DNA of 64,000 nucleotides, taken from a virus. Taxonomy: Duplodnaviria > Caudoviricetes. The position numbers and the translations under genes were made by a program. The stretch lies in IMG/VR virus record IMGVR_UViG_3300021400_001341, positions 44,027-108,026 of that record; one strand, given 5' to 3'. Under the pieces are notes generated by a model. It did not search any database. It was not told the origin of the DNA and saw nothing but the letters and a program-made list of their open reading frames with translations. Numbering within the stretch: position 1 is the stretch's first letter; every line of letters begins with the position of its first letter. This document shows positions 1 through 10,204 of this stretch, one piece after another.

Positions 1-2
1 CA

Positions 3-1217
3 TATAGAAATATAAGCGGTTTGTATATTAATCGATATGTAAACGGTTCAAATAGTACGATATTTACTAAGGATTATTCTAATTCCATCACATTTACGCT
101 TGATGAAGATACAGACGGAATTAATCTTTCTGCTTTGCTTAACGATGGGGATTTGAGCGATTATGCTATTCAACTTGAATTCGGCTCCACTGCAACTGCC
201 TACGAACCCTCTCAATGCGAAATCTACGACATCTCTTTCCCCTCCGACGCCGGAACAGTTTACGGTGGAGAACTGACAATCCACGCTGACGGGACAGGAG
301 AGTTGGTGGTGGACAGAGGTCTGTGGAATCTTGATGGGACGGAAGACTGGGTAATAACAACAGCATCAAGTGGCAGAAGGTTCCAACTGTCAGTGTCGAA
401 CCTTGCTGGTATGGCAGGCGCAGGAAATGCATCAAATGTGCTTTCAGACAAATTTGTTTGGAGCGAAACAGCTAACAACTCATTCGGTCATATACGATTG
501 ATATCTAATTATCTTAACCTATGTGACAACGGATCTATATTTGCCAATGCTGCCGAACTTAAGGCATGGCTTGCTAAGAACAGAGCGCAAGTGCTCGCAC
601 CTCTTGCAACTATAAGTACTTATCAGCTTTCAACACCACAAGTCCGTACCTTGCTTGGGCTCAACCATATTTTTGCGGACGTTGGAGATATCGAGTCGAT
701 CACGTATCCGGTGGACACAACAACTGCTCTCGACAATCAGACTACGACCATACATGGCATGATCGCAGAATCAGATTCTCCTGTTGCAGCAGAAAGTCAC
801 GCTGTTGGGGATGTGTTTATCTGCGATAATAAACTGTATAAGGCAACGGATGCCATTGCTATTGGCGAATCAGTTATCGAAGGGTCAAACGTTGCGCAGA
901 CAAGCGTGGCTGAGTTGCTGCTGAACAAGCCAAACTTTGTATTCAATGCGGCTGTTGTGAAGGATCATCCGGTTTCTGTCACGTTGAGCAATCAATCCAG
1001 AGCAATCGTGTTCGCAACAGGAGCAGACGCAGAACGGGTAGCACTTATATCATTGTATAGTAGTTCTATTCGGGCATTTGCATGGGACATTTACGCATCC
1101 GAACAGCTTACTGCTACCATTAACGGGACAACTGTCACATTGGCTTATTCCGGAGCTGGGAGTTGCTTTATTGATATTCTCAAGCTCAATGGTGATGTAA
1201 CAGCCACAATGACTTAA
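3..1217 (+). CDS. Tail fibre/receptor-binding protein, C-terminal part (5' end outside window)
   Basis: Frame open from base 3; shares FPSxAGTVYGGxLTIHADGTGELVVxR, YQLxxPQVRTLLG and HxVGDxFICxxKLYKAT blocks with 3350..8752. Confidence 0.7.
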   Translation, partial: YRNISGLYINRYVNGSNSTIFTKDYSNSITFTLDEDTDGINLSALLNDGDLSDYAIQLEFGSTATAYEPSQCEIYDISFPSDAGTVYGGELTIHADGTGELVVDRGLWNLDGTEDWVITTASSGRRFQLSVSNLAGMAGAGNASNVLSDKFVWSETANNSFGHIRLISNYLNLCDNGSIFANAAELKAWLAKNRAQVLAPLATISTYQLSTPQVRTLLGLNHIFADVGDIESITYPVDTTTALDNQTTTIHGMIAESDSPVAAESHAVGDVFICDNKLYKATDAIAIGESVIEGSNVAQTSVAELLLNKPNFVFNAAVVKDHPVSVTLSNQSRAIVFATGADAERVALISLYSSSIRAFAWDIYASEQLTATINGTTVTLAYSGAGSCFIDILKLNGDVTATMT

Positions 1218-1241
1218 ATAATGAAAGAAAGGTAATCCAAC

Positions 1242-1555
1242 ATAAAACACGCAATCATCAAAGTTGTCAACGGAAACTATATCGCCCATGTTGAGGGTAT
1301 CACTGACATGTTTGCTACCAAAATATAGTTCCACGGTCTGTGCTAGACCGTGTGGGATATCCTGGACATTCTGACAGCAGAGGTTACAATCATCAACGAG
1401 CAGTTGAGCATCGTAAACGGCCATATGGAATATATCCACCACGATCTTGTACATGTCGATCCTGAACCTATGAAAGGTGATGACGAACGACATCTTAGTG
1501 GTGGATTATTCCGGCGGCCACGATTGGTGCCGCGGTAGGAATCCTGCTTGTTGTT
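1242..1555 (+). pseudogene. Two degenerate small genes (ATA start with TAGs at 1326 and 1344; ACG start at 1487 with a TAG), the second a decayed paralog of 11417..11509
   Basis: RBS-like AAAGG before ATA; 1499-1553 (WWIIPAATIGAAVGILLV) aligns with 11429-11483 (WWLIPAVMIGASVGILLV). Confidence 0.55.
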
Positions 1556-1570
1556 ATACGAAACATTGAG

Positions 1571-1915
1571 GTGACTCATATGATTAAGATTGATGGAACA
1601 AACATCACAATCACAAGAGGAGACTGTGAACCTTTTACCATAACTTTAACGGGAGAAGACGTTCCGGCTGATGGCGAAAAAGTCTTGTTTTCTGTAAAGA
1701 AAACTCAATTTGAAACAAATACTGTGATCAAAAAAATACTTGAAATTTCTCATTCTCAAATTGTTATTCAACTTAATAATGCAGATACAAAAAAACTACC
1801 ATTTGGCGATTATTTTTGGGATATACGTTTTCCAAATTATTATGGTGAAAACGAACCATATACTCCTATGTCCCCTGCTGTTTTTACAGTTGCAGAGGTG
1901 ATCGGAAATGTCTAA
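1571..1915 (+). CDS. BppU-like baseplate upper protein N-terminal domain
   Basis: ITRGD...VLFSVKK...DTKKLPFGDYFWDI pattern; position in tail module. Confidence 0.55.
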   Translation: MTHMIKIDGTNITITRGDCEPFTITLTGEDVPADGEKVLFSVKKTQFETNTVIKKILEISHSQIVIQLNNADTKKLPFGDYFWDIRFPNYYGENEPYTPMSPAVFTVAEVIGNV

Positions 1916-2174
1916 AGAATTGGACATTGCTATTGCTGTTGAAAGAGAAAATCAGAATATTCAAATTGACCTTGGAACAAGTAGTAACAATATACAAATT
2001 GAGTTGGAAAAAAGAGCTATGATATACGAAAATGATTATAATAACCTAATACATCATCCACAAATTAACAGCACATCATTGATTGGAAATAAAACATCAT
2101 CAGAGTTAGGCTTACAGGATGAGCTTCCTCTTATTACAAGGTCAGAGATCAGAGATATTATTAACAATCTTTAA
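1908..2174 (+). CDS. Hypothetical tail-associated protein
   Basis: RBS GAGGTGA; DYNNLIHHPQIN..LIGNKTSSELGL motif common in tail-fibre proteins. Confidence 0.55.
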   Translation: MSKELDIAIAVERENQNIQIDLGTSSNNIQIELEKRAMIYENDYNNLIHHPQINSTSLIGNKTSSELGLQDELPLITRSEIRDIINNL

Positions 2175-2182
2175 TTGACGAG

Positions 2183-3334
2183 GTGAAAATAATGGCTGTA
2201 CAAGGTTTCACTATGTCCAAGAATGAATTGTCCTACCTCCTTGGAATTATTTGGGACACATTCCAGAAGGCACAAACAGGAAAAGGACTTAGTACGGAAG
2301 ACTTTACAACTGCTTTAAAATCGAAGCTTGAAGGTATTGCTGCTGGTGCTCAGGTGAACGTTATTGAAAACGTTAAACTAAACAACACAGCTCTTGAGAC
2401 AACCGGAAAAGCTGTTAATATCCCCGTTTTTAGTGGAGCTAATGCAAGCAGCAACGGAACTGTCGGTGCTGTTCCCGCCCCTACAAAAGGAAATCAGGAT
2501 AAATACCTGAAGGCAGACGGTAGTTGGAGTTCTCCTCCCGATAATAACACAACTTATACCATCACGCAGGATGGAACGAACCCTAATAAAATTACGCTGA
2601 GTGGTAGTGATGGAACAAACGTTGAAATCACTCTCCCCTCTCTTCAAACTGCAACAGCATCAACGCTTGGTGGAATCAAAATCGGGTTTAGCCAAACTGG
2701 AAAGAAATACCCTGTTGCATTGTCTGATGGAAAAGCCTACGTAGAAGTCCCGTGGTCAAATACGACATATGACCCAGCTACAACTACTGTAGATGGCTTG
2801 ATGAGCGCAGCCGACAAGACAAAACTGAATGGCATCGCAGAAGGAGCTACGGCAAACGAAGGAACCATTACAGGCATCACAATGAACGGTGCGAGCAAAG
2901 GTACAAGCGGTGTTGTTGACCTTGGCACTGTAATTACAGCTCATCAAGATATTTCAGGAAAAGCAAACATCGCAAGTCCAACATTTACAGGAACGCCTAA
3001 AGCTCCTACCGCAAATGCTGGTACGAACACAACGCAGATTGCAACAACTGAATTTGTAGGTACTGCGATTACGAATGCATTAAGCGGAATTACTGGAATT
3101 ACATTTGAGTTTGTTCAGACTCTTCCTGCAACAGGAAAAACTGGCACGTTCTACTTCGTACCTGACGCAAGCGGTAGCGGAACGAACAACTTCATCGAGT
3201 ATGTCTGGAATTCAAATGCGAACAAATTCGAAGAAATTGGAAGACCGCAAGTTGATCTTTCCGGCTATATGAAGAGTGCGGATTATCCACTTATTACGGA
3301 GGCAGAAATCGATGAGATTATCGCTTCTATATAA
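2183..3334 (+). CDS. Tail/head fibre protein
   Basis: GKGLSTEDFT, GLMSAADKTKL and ASPTFTGTPKAPT fibre motifs. Confidence 0.7.
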   Translation: MKIMAVQGFTMSKNELSYLLGIIWDTFQKAQTGKGLSTEDFTTALKSKLEGIAAGAQVNVIENVKLNNTALETTGKAVNIPVFSGANASSNGTVGAVPAPTKGNQDKYLKADGSWSSPPDNNTTYTITQDGTNPNKITLSGSDGTNVEITLPSLQTATASTLGGIKIGFSQTGKKYPVALSDGKAYVEVPWSNTTYDPATTTVDGLMSAADKTKLNGIAEGATANEGTITGITMNGASKGTSGVVDLGTVITAHQDISGKANIASPTFTGTPKAPTANAGTNTTQIATTEFVGTAITNALSGITGITFEFVQTLPATGKTGTFYFVPDASGSGTNNFIEYVWNSNANKFEEIGRPQVDLSGYMKSADYPLITEAEIDEIIASI

Positions 3335-3349
3335 GGGCGGTGACGAATA

Positions 3350-6300
3350 ATGAGTGATACTCTTAAGAGTTGGTCAATAGAAAAAGTTACACGGCTAATC
3401 AGTGGTTTGCTTAAGAAAAAGGAAATTACTGACACGAAGAATGCTGTCGATTCTATCTGTGATGTTGAAATTGCACAGCTTAATGGTGACCATTACATTA
3501 CAACAAGCGGAAGCACCGCAAACATTAATGATCCGGAAAGCGCAAGCGACTGGGCATGTGCTGTTATGCCGTGCCAGCCCGGGGACGTATTCACGGTTAC
3601 TGGAGCCGGTGGAACAAAGCCGAGGCTGTGGGCGTTTGTTGACGCAAATACTCCTGCGAACGTGCTGTCAAAAGCGAACGCAGGTGTTGTCTCTGACAAT
3701 CTGGAAATTGAAGCGCCTGCAAACGCTGCCTATGTGGTGTTCAACACACGCACGAATACCGAAACAAAACCCGCATTTTACAATGGAACACCGATATCAA
3801 CGTCCATTGATAAAAAAGCGAATATTGCTTCCCCCACATTTACCGGAACGCCCAAGGCTCCTACTGCACCTGCCGGAACAAATAACACGCAGATCGCAAC
3901 GACAGCCTTTGTAAACCAGGCGTTTCAGATTAACGACGCAATGGTGTTCAAGGGAACCATCGGAACTGGCGGTACTGTGACGGAACTCCCAGCAACGCAC
4001 TATCAAGGCTGGACGTACAAGGTAGTTACTGCCGGGATATATGCCGGAGAGATGTGTGAAATCGGTGACATGATCATCTGCGTCACGGATGGAACTGTCG
4101 CAAGCGATGGAGACTGGACAGTTGTGCAGTCCAATGTAGACGGTGCGGTGACTGGGCCTCGCTATTCTGAAGACTATTCGCTTGCTGCATTTAACGGAAC
4201 AAGTGGCAAAGTAATTCGCAACACGGATATAAAAACAGACATAAATGGTTCTCTGATTAGAGGAGCTAAAGCAGGAACTACTGTAGGAACAGGCGGTTTT
4301 GCGTTTGGTCGGGATGTCGAGGCACGCGGAGATTATTCTCATGCAGAAGGAGAGTATACATCTGCAATAGCTACTGGGTCTCATGTAGAAGGCAGATATT
4401 CACAGGCAAGGGGAATTGCTTCACATGCCGAAGGCCTTTATTCGACAGCAATAGCCGGAACATCTCATGCTGAAGGCGATCATTCTACAGCAATGGGCGA
4501 AGCATCTCACGCTGAAGGGAAATCATCGTCTGCATTTGGAAATTATGCACATTCTGAAGGTGCATATACAGGAGCAAACGGCAGATCTCAACATGTATTT
4601 GGTGAGTATAACGTTATCGATAATGTTCCAGGTCCAACACAGCGTGGCACATATGTAGAGATTGTTGGTAACGGAACTGATACTGATAACAAGTCCAATG
4701 CCCGTACACTTGATTGGGACGGCAACGAGGAACTTGCCGGGGATCTGACGATTAACAAGGGTAGCGCCTACGAGGTGAAGGTAGGCGAAGTAATCGCCTC
4801 CAAGGAAGATGCGCTGTACAAGGTTGCCGACACTCCTGCAAGCATTGTAACCATCGATGACGGCGCTGATGACATGCCAGTCAAAGAGATGGAGATCGCT
4901 ATTGAACCGGTGCAAGACTTGAACGGGTATGACCGTCCGTGGCCTGCTGGTGGTGGGAAGAATCTGCTTGATGATTCTACAAATGTCCATAAAATGGCAA
5001 TAAACGCAAGTGGAGAGATGGTTAGTAATGCCAATGGAAATTATTCTCAGTTGATCCCCGTAACAGCGGGGGAAACATACACGTTTAGTGCTATCAGCAA
5101 ACAAAATACATGGACACGCAGAGTGCATGGATATACGGGCGAAACGTGGGTAGAACAGCTTGGTGCTACTGCAAACTCTGTACCAAGCGGTCAGAAATAC
5201 GCAATAACAGCAACCATTCCGAATGGCATTGATGCCATAAGAATTTCGTACTGCGAACTGGATGAAGAAGCACAGTTTGAATTAGGAAGCGAAGCCACGG
5301 ACTATGCTCCATTCACCAACATCTGCCCCATTACTGGGCGGACGGGGTGCGAAATTTCAAAAAGCGGTAAAAATTTGTATAATCCTATCAGAATTTCCGG
5401 ATCGGGTAACTCTGGGACTGCAGTGGCTTATGTTAAGTGCAAACCCGGCGATAAGTTTGTAATCAAACGTTTCGGAGAGGCAATATCTTCTTCACTTCTA
5501 AACGGCGATTGCTCTTATGGATGGTGTGATGCAAAGAAAACAAGAAACCGTATTGGGGCAGCGAAATACTGGCAGAATAACGATTACATGAACGAAGTAA
5601 CTGTTATCATGCCGGAGGGTGCCGAATATCTTTACGTAGGGGCATACGCAAGCAAGGGTTTACAAGACTATGTACTGAATAATGCCGTTCAGTTAGTTAT
5701 ACAAAAAGACACCGTTCCTACAGAATTTATTCCGTTCATTGGCGCAACGTATCCGATCGCTTTCCCGTCCTCTGCCGGGACAGTCTACGGCGGAAACCTA
5801 ACAATTCACTCTGATGGCACAGGGGAGTTGGTGGTGGATAGGGCATTTTTTGAGATAGATGGTAGCGGCACTGGGTATGGTGTTGGTGGGAACACGTACA
5901 AATATGTAAGATATACACCGGAATCTTCGATCTATTACTACGGGACACCGACAGATGGCATATCAAATATGTTTACAGAGCAAGCCATTGGCAATACTAA
6001 TGCTGATATAGGCTTTGGATTTGCTAACGGAAGAGATATTAGAATCCGTTATGGATTATTCACAGAACTTACAATAGCAGAAGCAAAGGAATGGCTTGCG
6101 GAGCATCCTGTTCAAGTCTGTTATAAGATTGCAAGTCCTATGCTCTATCAGCTTACCGCTCCTCAGGTCCGTACACTCCTTGGCTTTAACCATATCTGGG
6201 CAGACACGGGCAATATCAATGAGCTTACGTACACTGCTGACGGGGCCCTCGCAAATGAATTCAAGCGTGTTGATGCAAAAATAGCTGATAAGGCCGATTC

Positions 6301-8752
6301 AATCTATAAAACGATTGACACGCATGCTGATGTAGTCACCATTGAAAACTGTGCAGATGATCTACCTGTGCGGGAGATGCGGATTGCCATTGAGCCTGTA
6401 CAGGACTTGAACGGGCAGGATAGTCCGTACCCGGCAGGTGGTGGGAAGAATCTTTTGTCAGGGCTGGAAGTTGGCGGCATTGATGTTGAGACTGGCGAAA
6501 ACATTGTGAATGATACGGTAAGAAGAACCATCGATTATATTCCTGTAGATGTATCAAGAAATTATACAATAAGCGGATTTACAGATACAGGAAATAATAA
6601 AGTCAGAGTATTTTATTATAGCAGTAATAAAACTTATCTGAATAGTGAAATGCTAAATTTAAGCAACAAGACAGCAACGTTTAGTCTGTATTCGGATGCA
6701 AGTTATATTCGACTGCAATGGAATTATTTGAACGCGGAAGTAACTGACAAAGTACAAATTGAAGTCGGTTCTGAAGCAACATCCTATGCGCCATATTCCA
6801 ACATCTGCCCAATCAGTGGACGGACGTGGTGCAATGTGCAGAGGACAGGGAAAAATCTGTTTGTTTTCAGCGAATGGCAGACAGTATTTGACTATAAGTT
6901 ACAACGTAAAGATTTTGCACAAAACGGATATACGATTACTTATCCTGCAAACAAGAGCATCGGAAACGATTATCCTGCGTTGAGAGTCATTCTTCCATGT
7001 AAACATCTGATTGGAGAAAAAGTTATATTCCATGTAAAAATAAACGATCCAAATAAATTTGGGAGTGCTAATTTTAGGGTTGGCGAAAAAAACGAAGATA
7101 GTTCATCTACGGCCACAGCAAATTGGTTTGGACAACAAGCAACAACAGCTCACGATCCAAATAAAGAAAACGAAGAAGCTGTATTCTCTGCTATTATTAC
7201 GATGCCATATTTGCTTGTTGCAATGTCACCGAAAGGTGATAATACAACAAAAACAACTGCATATCCAATAACATGGGATATACAGATGGAAATCGGTGAC
7301 ACAGCTACAGAAATGGTTTCACCGCAAACAGTAAACTACCCCATCACATTCCCTTCCGAAGCCGGAACTGTTTATGGTGGCAACCTGACCATCCACGCTG
7401 ACGGAACAGGGGAGCTGGTGGTGAATAGGGCAACACATGAATTTACAGGAACAGAAAACATTCTGCTGAACGCATCAGCAGGAAAATTCAAACTTGTGAA
7501 CAACTTCGGATGGATGAGAGACTCAAATGATGGTCAAGGGTTATCCAATATGCTGAAATGGGCAATCAGTGGTGACTACTTCTTTGCGTTAAGCGATCAA
7601 ATTTATTTTGGATGGGCAGAATGTGAAACAGTTGCGAGTTTTAAAAGCAAACTGGCAGAACTGTACAACGCAGGAACTCCGCTTGTTATATCATACAGAC
7701 TCGCAACCGCCATATCCTATCAGCTTACGGCGCCACAGGTCCGTACTCTGCTCGGCACCAATAACATCTGGTCGAACACGGGCGTTATTAAGCAGCTGAC
7801 CTATCCTGTGGATGGTAATATCGCTCCGGAAATCAAGTTGGCCTTAAACAGCGTTGACAAAACCAACCGGATGATATCATCAATCGAGAGCGCCGTTGCC
7901 ACTGAAAACCACAAGATTGGCGATACGTTCATCTGCAACGGCAAGCTGTATAAAGCCACGACTGCAATTGAAATCGGAGATGCGCTTGTTGAAGACGTGA
8001 ATATCACCGAGGTAACGATCACGGACGAACTGAGCGACATCAGGAACGACAACGGAAATGCACGGATCTTCTCCTGTGTGTGCGATACAGCGGGAGGGTA
8101 CGCGATCAAGCGTGTTGACTGCGAAGAGTGCGATGAACTGAGAGAAGGCGATATCTTCATTATCGAGTTCCTCGCTGCTCAAACATACAACGGTGCAGCG
8201 ACTCTGCAAATCAACGACTTCGGTGCGAAAAACATCCGCAGAATTCATGGTACAAATATCTCCCGCTATGAATGGAGCGCGGGTGAAACCTTAACCTTCC
8301 GGTACAACGGCACTCACTTTATCATCTCAAACGCAGGACTTGCTACGACCACGTATTACGGCAGGACGAAACTTTATACAGGTGCTGCGTCTACATCCAC
8401 CGCACTTGCCTTGACTCCCGCGTCGCTGAACTCTTTTGCTAATGGTACGGCATGTCCGTATTATAGCGCAAGCAAGACTTACGAAGTAGGCGATAAAGTT
8501 CGGTACGGCAACTATATTTACCAATGCGTTAACGCCATACCTACAGCTCAATCATGGACAGCGGCAAACTGGGAAGTTGGTCCCACTCTGCAAGAACAAG
8601 TTAGTGGAAAACTTGATAAGAATCAAGGTTCTGCCAATGCTGATAAATTTATGAAGGTTGGTTCTGACGGAAACATTGTACTTATTTCATTGAATGATCT
8701 TGCACAGATGCTTATGGAAGAAATTTCAGTGTGGGAAGGAGGTAGCTACTAA
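3350..8752 (+). CDS. Large modular tail fibre/adhesin (YadA-head-like SHAEG repeats, duplicated carbohydrate-binding-like modules, C-terminal CBM5/12-like motif)
   Basis: 14-aa SHAEG repeats; internal duplication IEPVQDLNG..PAGGGKNLL; YSASKTYEVGDKVRY..IYQC motif. Confidence 0.75.
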   Translation: MSDTLKSWSIEKVTRLISGLLKKKEITDTKNAVDSICDVEIAQLNGDHYITTSGSTANINDPESASDWACAVMPCQPGDVFTVTGAGGTKPRLWAFVDANTPANVLSKANAGVVSDNLEIEAPANAAYVVFNTRTNTETKPAFYNGTPISTSIDKKANIASPTFTGTPKAPTAPAGTNNTQIATTAFVNQAFQINDAMVFKGTIGTGGTVTELPATHYQGWTYKVVTAGIYAGEMCEIGDMIICVTDGTVASDGDWTVVQSNVDGAVTGPRYSEDYSLAAFNGTSGKVIRNTDIKTDINGSLIRGAKAGTTVGTGGFAFGRDVEARGDYSHAEGEYTSAIATGSHVEGRYSQARGIASHAEGLYSTAIAGTSHAEGDHSTAMGEASHAEGKSSSAFGNYAHSEGAYTGANGRSQHVFGEYNVIDNVPGPTQRGTYVEIVGNGTDTDNKSNARTLDWDGNEELAGDLTINKGSAYEVKVGEVIASKEDALYKVADTPASIVTIDDGADDMPVKEMEIAIEPVQDLNGYDRPWPAGGGKNLLDDSTNVHKMAINASGEMVSNANGNYSQLIPVTAGETYTFSAISKQNTWTRRVHGYTGETWVEQLGATANSVPSGQKYAITATIPNGIDAIRISYCELDEEAQFELGSEATDYAPFTNICPITGRTGCEISKSGKNLYNPIRISGSGNSGTAVAYVKCKPGDKFVIKRFGEAISSSLLNGDCSYGWCDAKKTRNRIGAAKYWQNNDYMNEVTVIMPEGAEYLYVGAYASKGLQDYVLNNAVQLVIQKDTVPTEFIPFIGATYPIAFPSSAGTVYGGNLTIHSDGTGELVVDRAFFEIDGSGTGYGVGGNTYKYVRYTPESSIYYYGTPTDGISNMFTEQAIGNTNADIGFGFANGRDIRIRYGLFTELTIAEAKEWLAEHPVQVCYKIASPMLYQLTAPQVRTLLGFNHIWADTGNINELTYTADGALANEFKRVDAKIADKADSIYKTIDTHADVVTIENCADDLPVREMRIAIEPVQDLNGQDSPYPAGGGKNLLSGLEVGGIDVETGENIVNDTVRRTIDYIPVDVSRNYTISGFTDTGNNKVRVFYYSSNKTYLNSEMLNLSNKTATFSLYSDASYIRLQWNYLNAEVTDKVQIEVGSEATSYAPYSNICPISGRTWCNVQRTGKNLFVFSEWQTVFDYKLQRKDFAQNGYTITYPANKSIGNDYPALRVILPCKHLIGEKVIFHVKINDPNKFGSANFRVGEKNEDSSSTATANWFGQQATTAHDPNKENEEAVFSAIITMPYLLVAMSPKGDNTTKTTAYPITWDIQMEIGDTATEMVSPQTVNYPITFPSEAGTVYGGNLTIHADGTGELVVNRATHEFTGTENILLNASAGKFKLVNNFGWMRDSNDGQGLSNMLKWAISGDYFFALSDQIYFGWAECETVASFKSKLAELYNAGTPLVISYRLATAISYQLTAPQVRTLLGTNNIWSNTGVIKQLTYPVDGNIAPEIKLALNSVDKTNRMISSIESAVATENHKIGDTFICNGKLYKATTAIEIGDALVEDVNITEVTITDELSDIRNDNGNARIFSCVCDTAGGYAIKRVDCEECDELREGDIFIIEFLAAQTYNGAATLQINDFGAKNIRRIHGTNISRYEWSAGETLTFRYNGTHFIISNAGLATTTYYGRTKLYTGAASTSTALALTPASLNSFANGTACPYYSASKTYEVGDKVRYGNYIYQCVNAIPTAQSWTAANWEVGPTLQEQVSGKLDKNQGSANADKFMKVGSDGNIVLISLNDLAQMLMEEISVWEGGSY

Positions 8753-10194
8753 TGGCATTAGACAAACTTATTGATAGTAATCGACTTGATGCTGCATTAA
8801 CGGCTACTGCAAATGCCATACGGGATAAAGACCCAAACGCTGCGGCATCCATCCCATGGGATCTTGACACAGGGTTTGCAAGTGCCATTGGTAATATCTC
8901 TACAGGCAGTGGCGCAGAAGATGAATTAATAGCAAGAACTGTCAGTACTTATGAGAATTCGACTGCAACAAATATTGGGGAATATGCGTTTTATTCTTAC
9001 AGCAGTCTTTCGACTGTAAGCTTTCCGGTTTGTACGAATATTGAGAGTAGCGCATTTTATAGCTGCACTAACCTTTTAACTGTAAATTTCCCTGCTTGTA
9101 TGAGCATTGGATATAACGCATTTCAAGGATGCTTCAATCTTTTATCTGCAAGTTTTCCTGTTTGCACAAACATTGAAAGTAGCGCATTTTATAGTTGCTC
9201 CAATCTTACAGCTGCGAGTTTTCCAGCTTGTACAAATGTTGGGAGTAATGCATTTTATGGATGCTTCAATCTTACAACTATAAATTTTCCTACTTGCACA
9301 AGTATTGGGAGTTATGCATTTTATAGTTGCTCTAATCTTTTGACTGCAAGTTTTCCAGCTTGTACAAATGTTGGAAGTTATGCGTTTGATAGGTGTGTCA
9401 ATCTTACAACCATAAATTTTCCTATTTGCACGAGTGTTGGGAGTGCTGCGTTTTATGGATGCTCCAGTCTTTCAACTGCAAGTTTTCCTGTTTGCACGAG
9501 TATTGAAAATAGTGCATTTTATAATTGCTTCAATCTTACAACTATAAGTTTTCCTGTTTGTACAAACATTAAGAGTTATGCATTTCATAGTTGCTACAGT
9601 CTTACAACTGCAAGTTTCCCTGATTGCACAAGTATTGGAGATTATGGCTTTGATAATTGTTCCAATCTTACAACTGCGAGTTTTCCTGCTTGTACAAATA
9701 TTGGGAATGCGGCATTTCGAAGTTGCAGTAATCTTACAATTGCAAGTTTCCCTGCTTGCACGAGCATTAAGAGTTATGCGTTTGACAGTTGCTACAGTCT
9801 TACAACCGCGAGTTTTCCTGCTTGCACGACCATTGGAAGTTGTGTGTTTTATGATTGCTTTAGTCTTACAGCCGTAAGTTTTCCTGTTTGCACGATCATT
9901 GGGAGTCTTGCATTTCACGAATGCTCTAATCTTTCAACTGCAAGTTTTCCAGCTTGTACAACGATTCAGAGTAGTGCATTTTTTAAGTGTTACAGACTTC
10001 TTTCGTTATATTTGATGGGATCTTCTGTTGTAAGGTTAATGAGCAGCTCTGTTTTTGTTAGCACTCCAATTTCAACTTATACAACTTATACAAGTGGCGA
10101 ATATGGAAGTATTTATGTTCCAGCATCTTTGCTTGCGGATTATAAAATAGCAACTAACTGGAGTAGATATAGCAGTCGTTTTGTAGGAATTTAA
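8752..10194 (+). CDS. BspA-like leucine-rich repeat (LRR_5) protein, Cys-rich
   Basis: 15 FPxC-containing 22-aa repeats (TASFPACTSIGSYAFYSCSNL); C-terminal IYVPASL..YK.ATNW cap. Confidence 0.85.
   Translation: MALDKLIDSNRLDAALTATANAIRDKDPNAAASIPWDLDTGFASAIGNISTGSGAEDELIARTVSTYENSTATNIGEYAFYSYSSLSTVSFPVCTNIESSAFYSCTNLLTVNFPACMSIGYNAFQGCFNLLSASFPVCTNIESSAFYSCSNLTAASFPACTNVGSNAFYGCFNLTTINFPTCTSIGSYAFYSCSNLLTASFPACTNVGSYAFDRCVNLTTINFPICTSVGSAAFYGCSSLSTASFPVCTSIENSAFYNCFNLTTISFPVCTNIKSYAFHSCYSLTTASFPDCTSIGDYGFDNCSNLTTASFPACTNIGNAAFRSCSNLTIASFPACTSIKSYAFDSCYSLTTASFPACTTIGSCVFYDCFSLTAVSFPVCTIIGSLAFHECSNLSTASFPACTTIQSSAFFKCYRLLSLYLMGSSVVRLMSSSVFVSTPISTYTTYTSGEYGSIYVPASLLADYKIATNWSRYSSRFVGI
8965..10010 (+). 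repeat. 66-bp coding tandem repeat (about 15-16 units)
   Basis: Recurrent aatcttacaactgcaagttttcctgcttgtac at 66-bp period. Confidence 0.85.
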
Positions 10195-10204
10195 GGAGGA
10201 TTAA

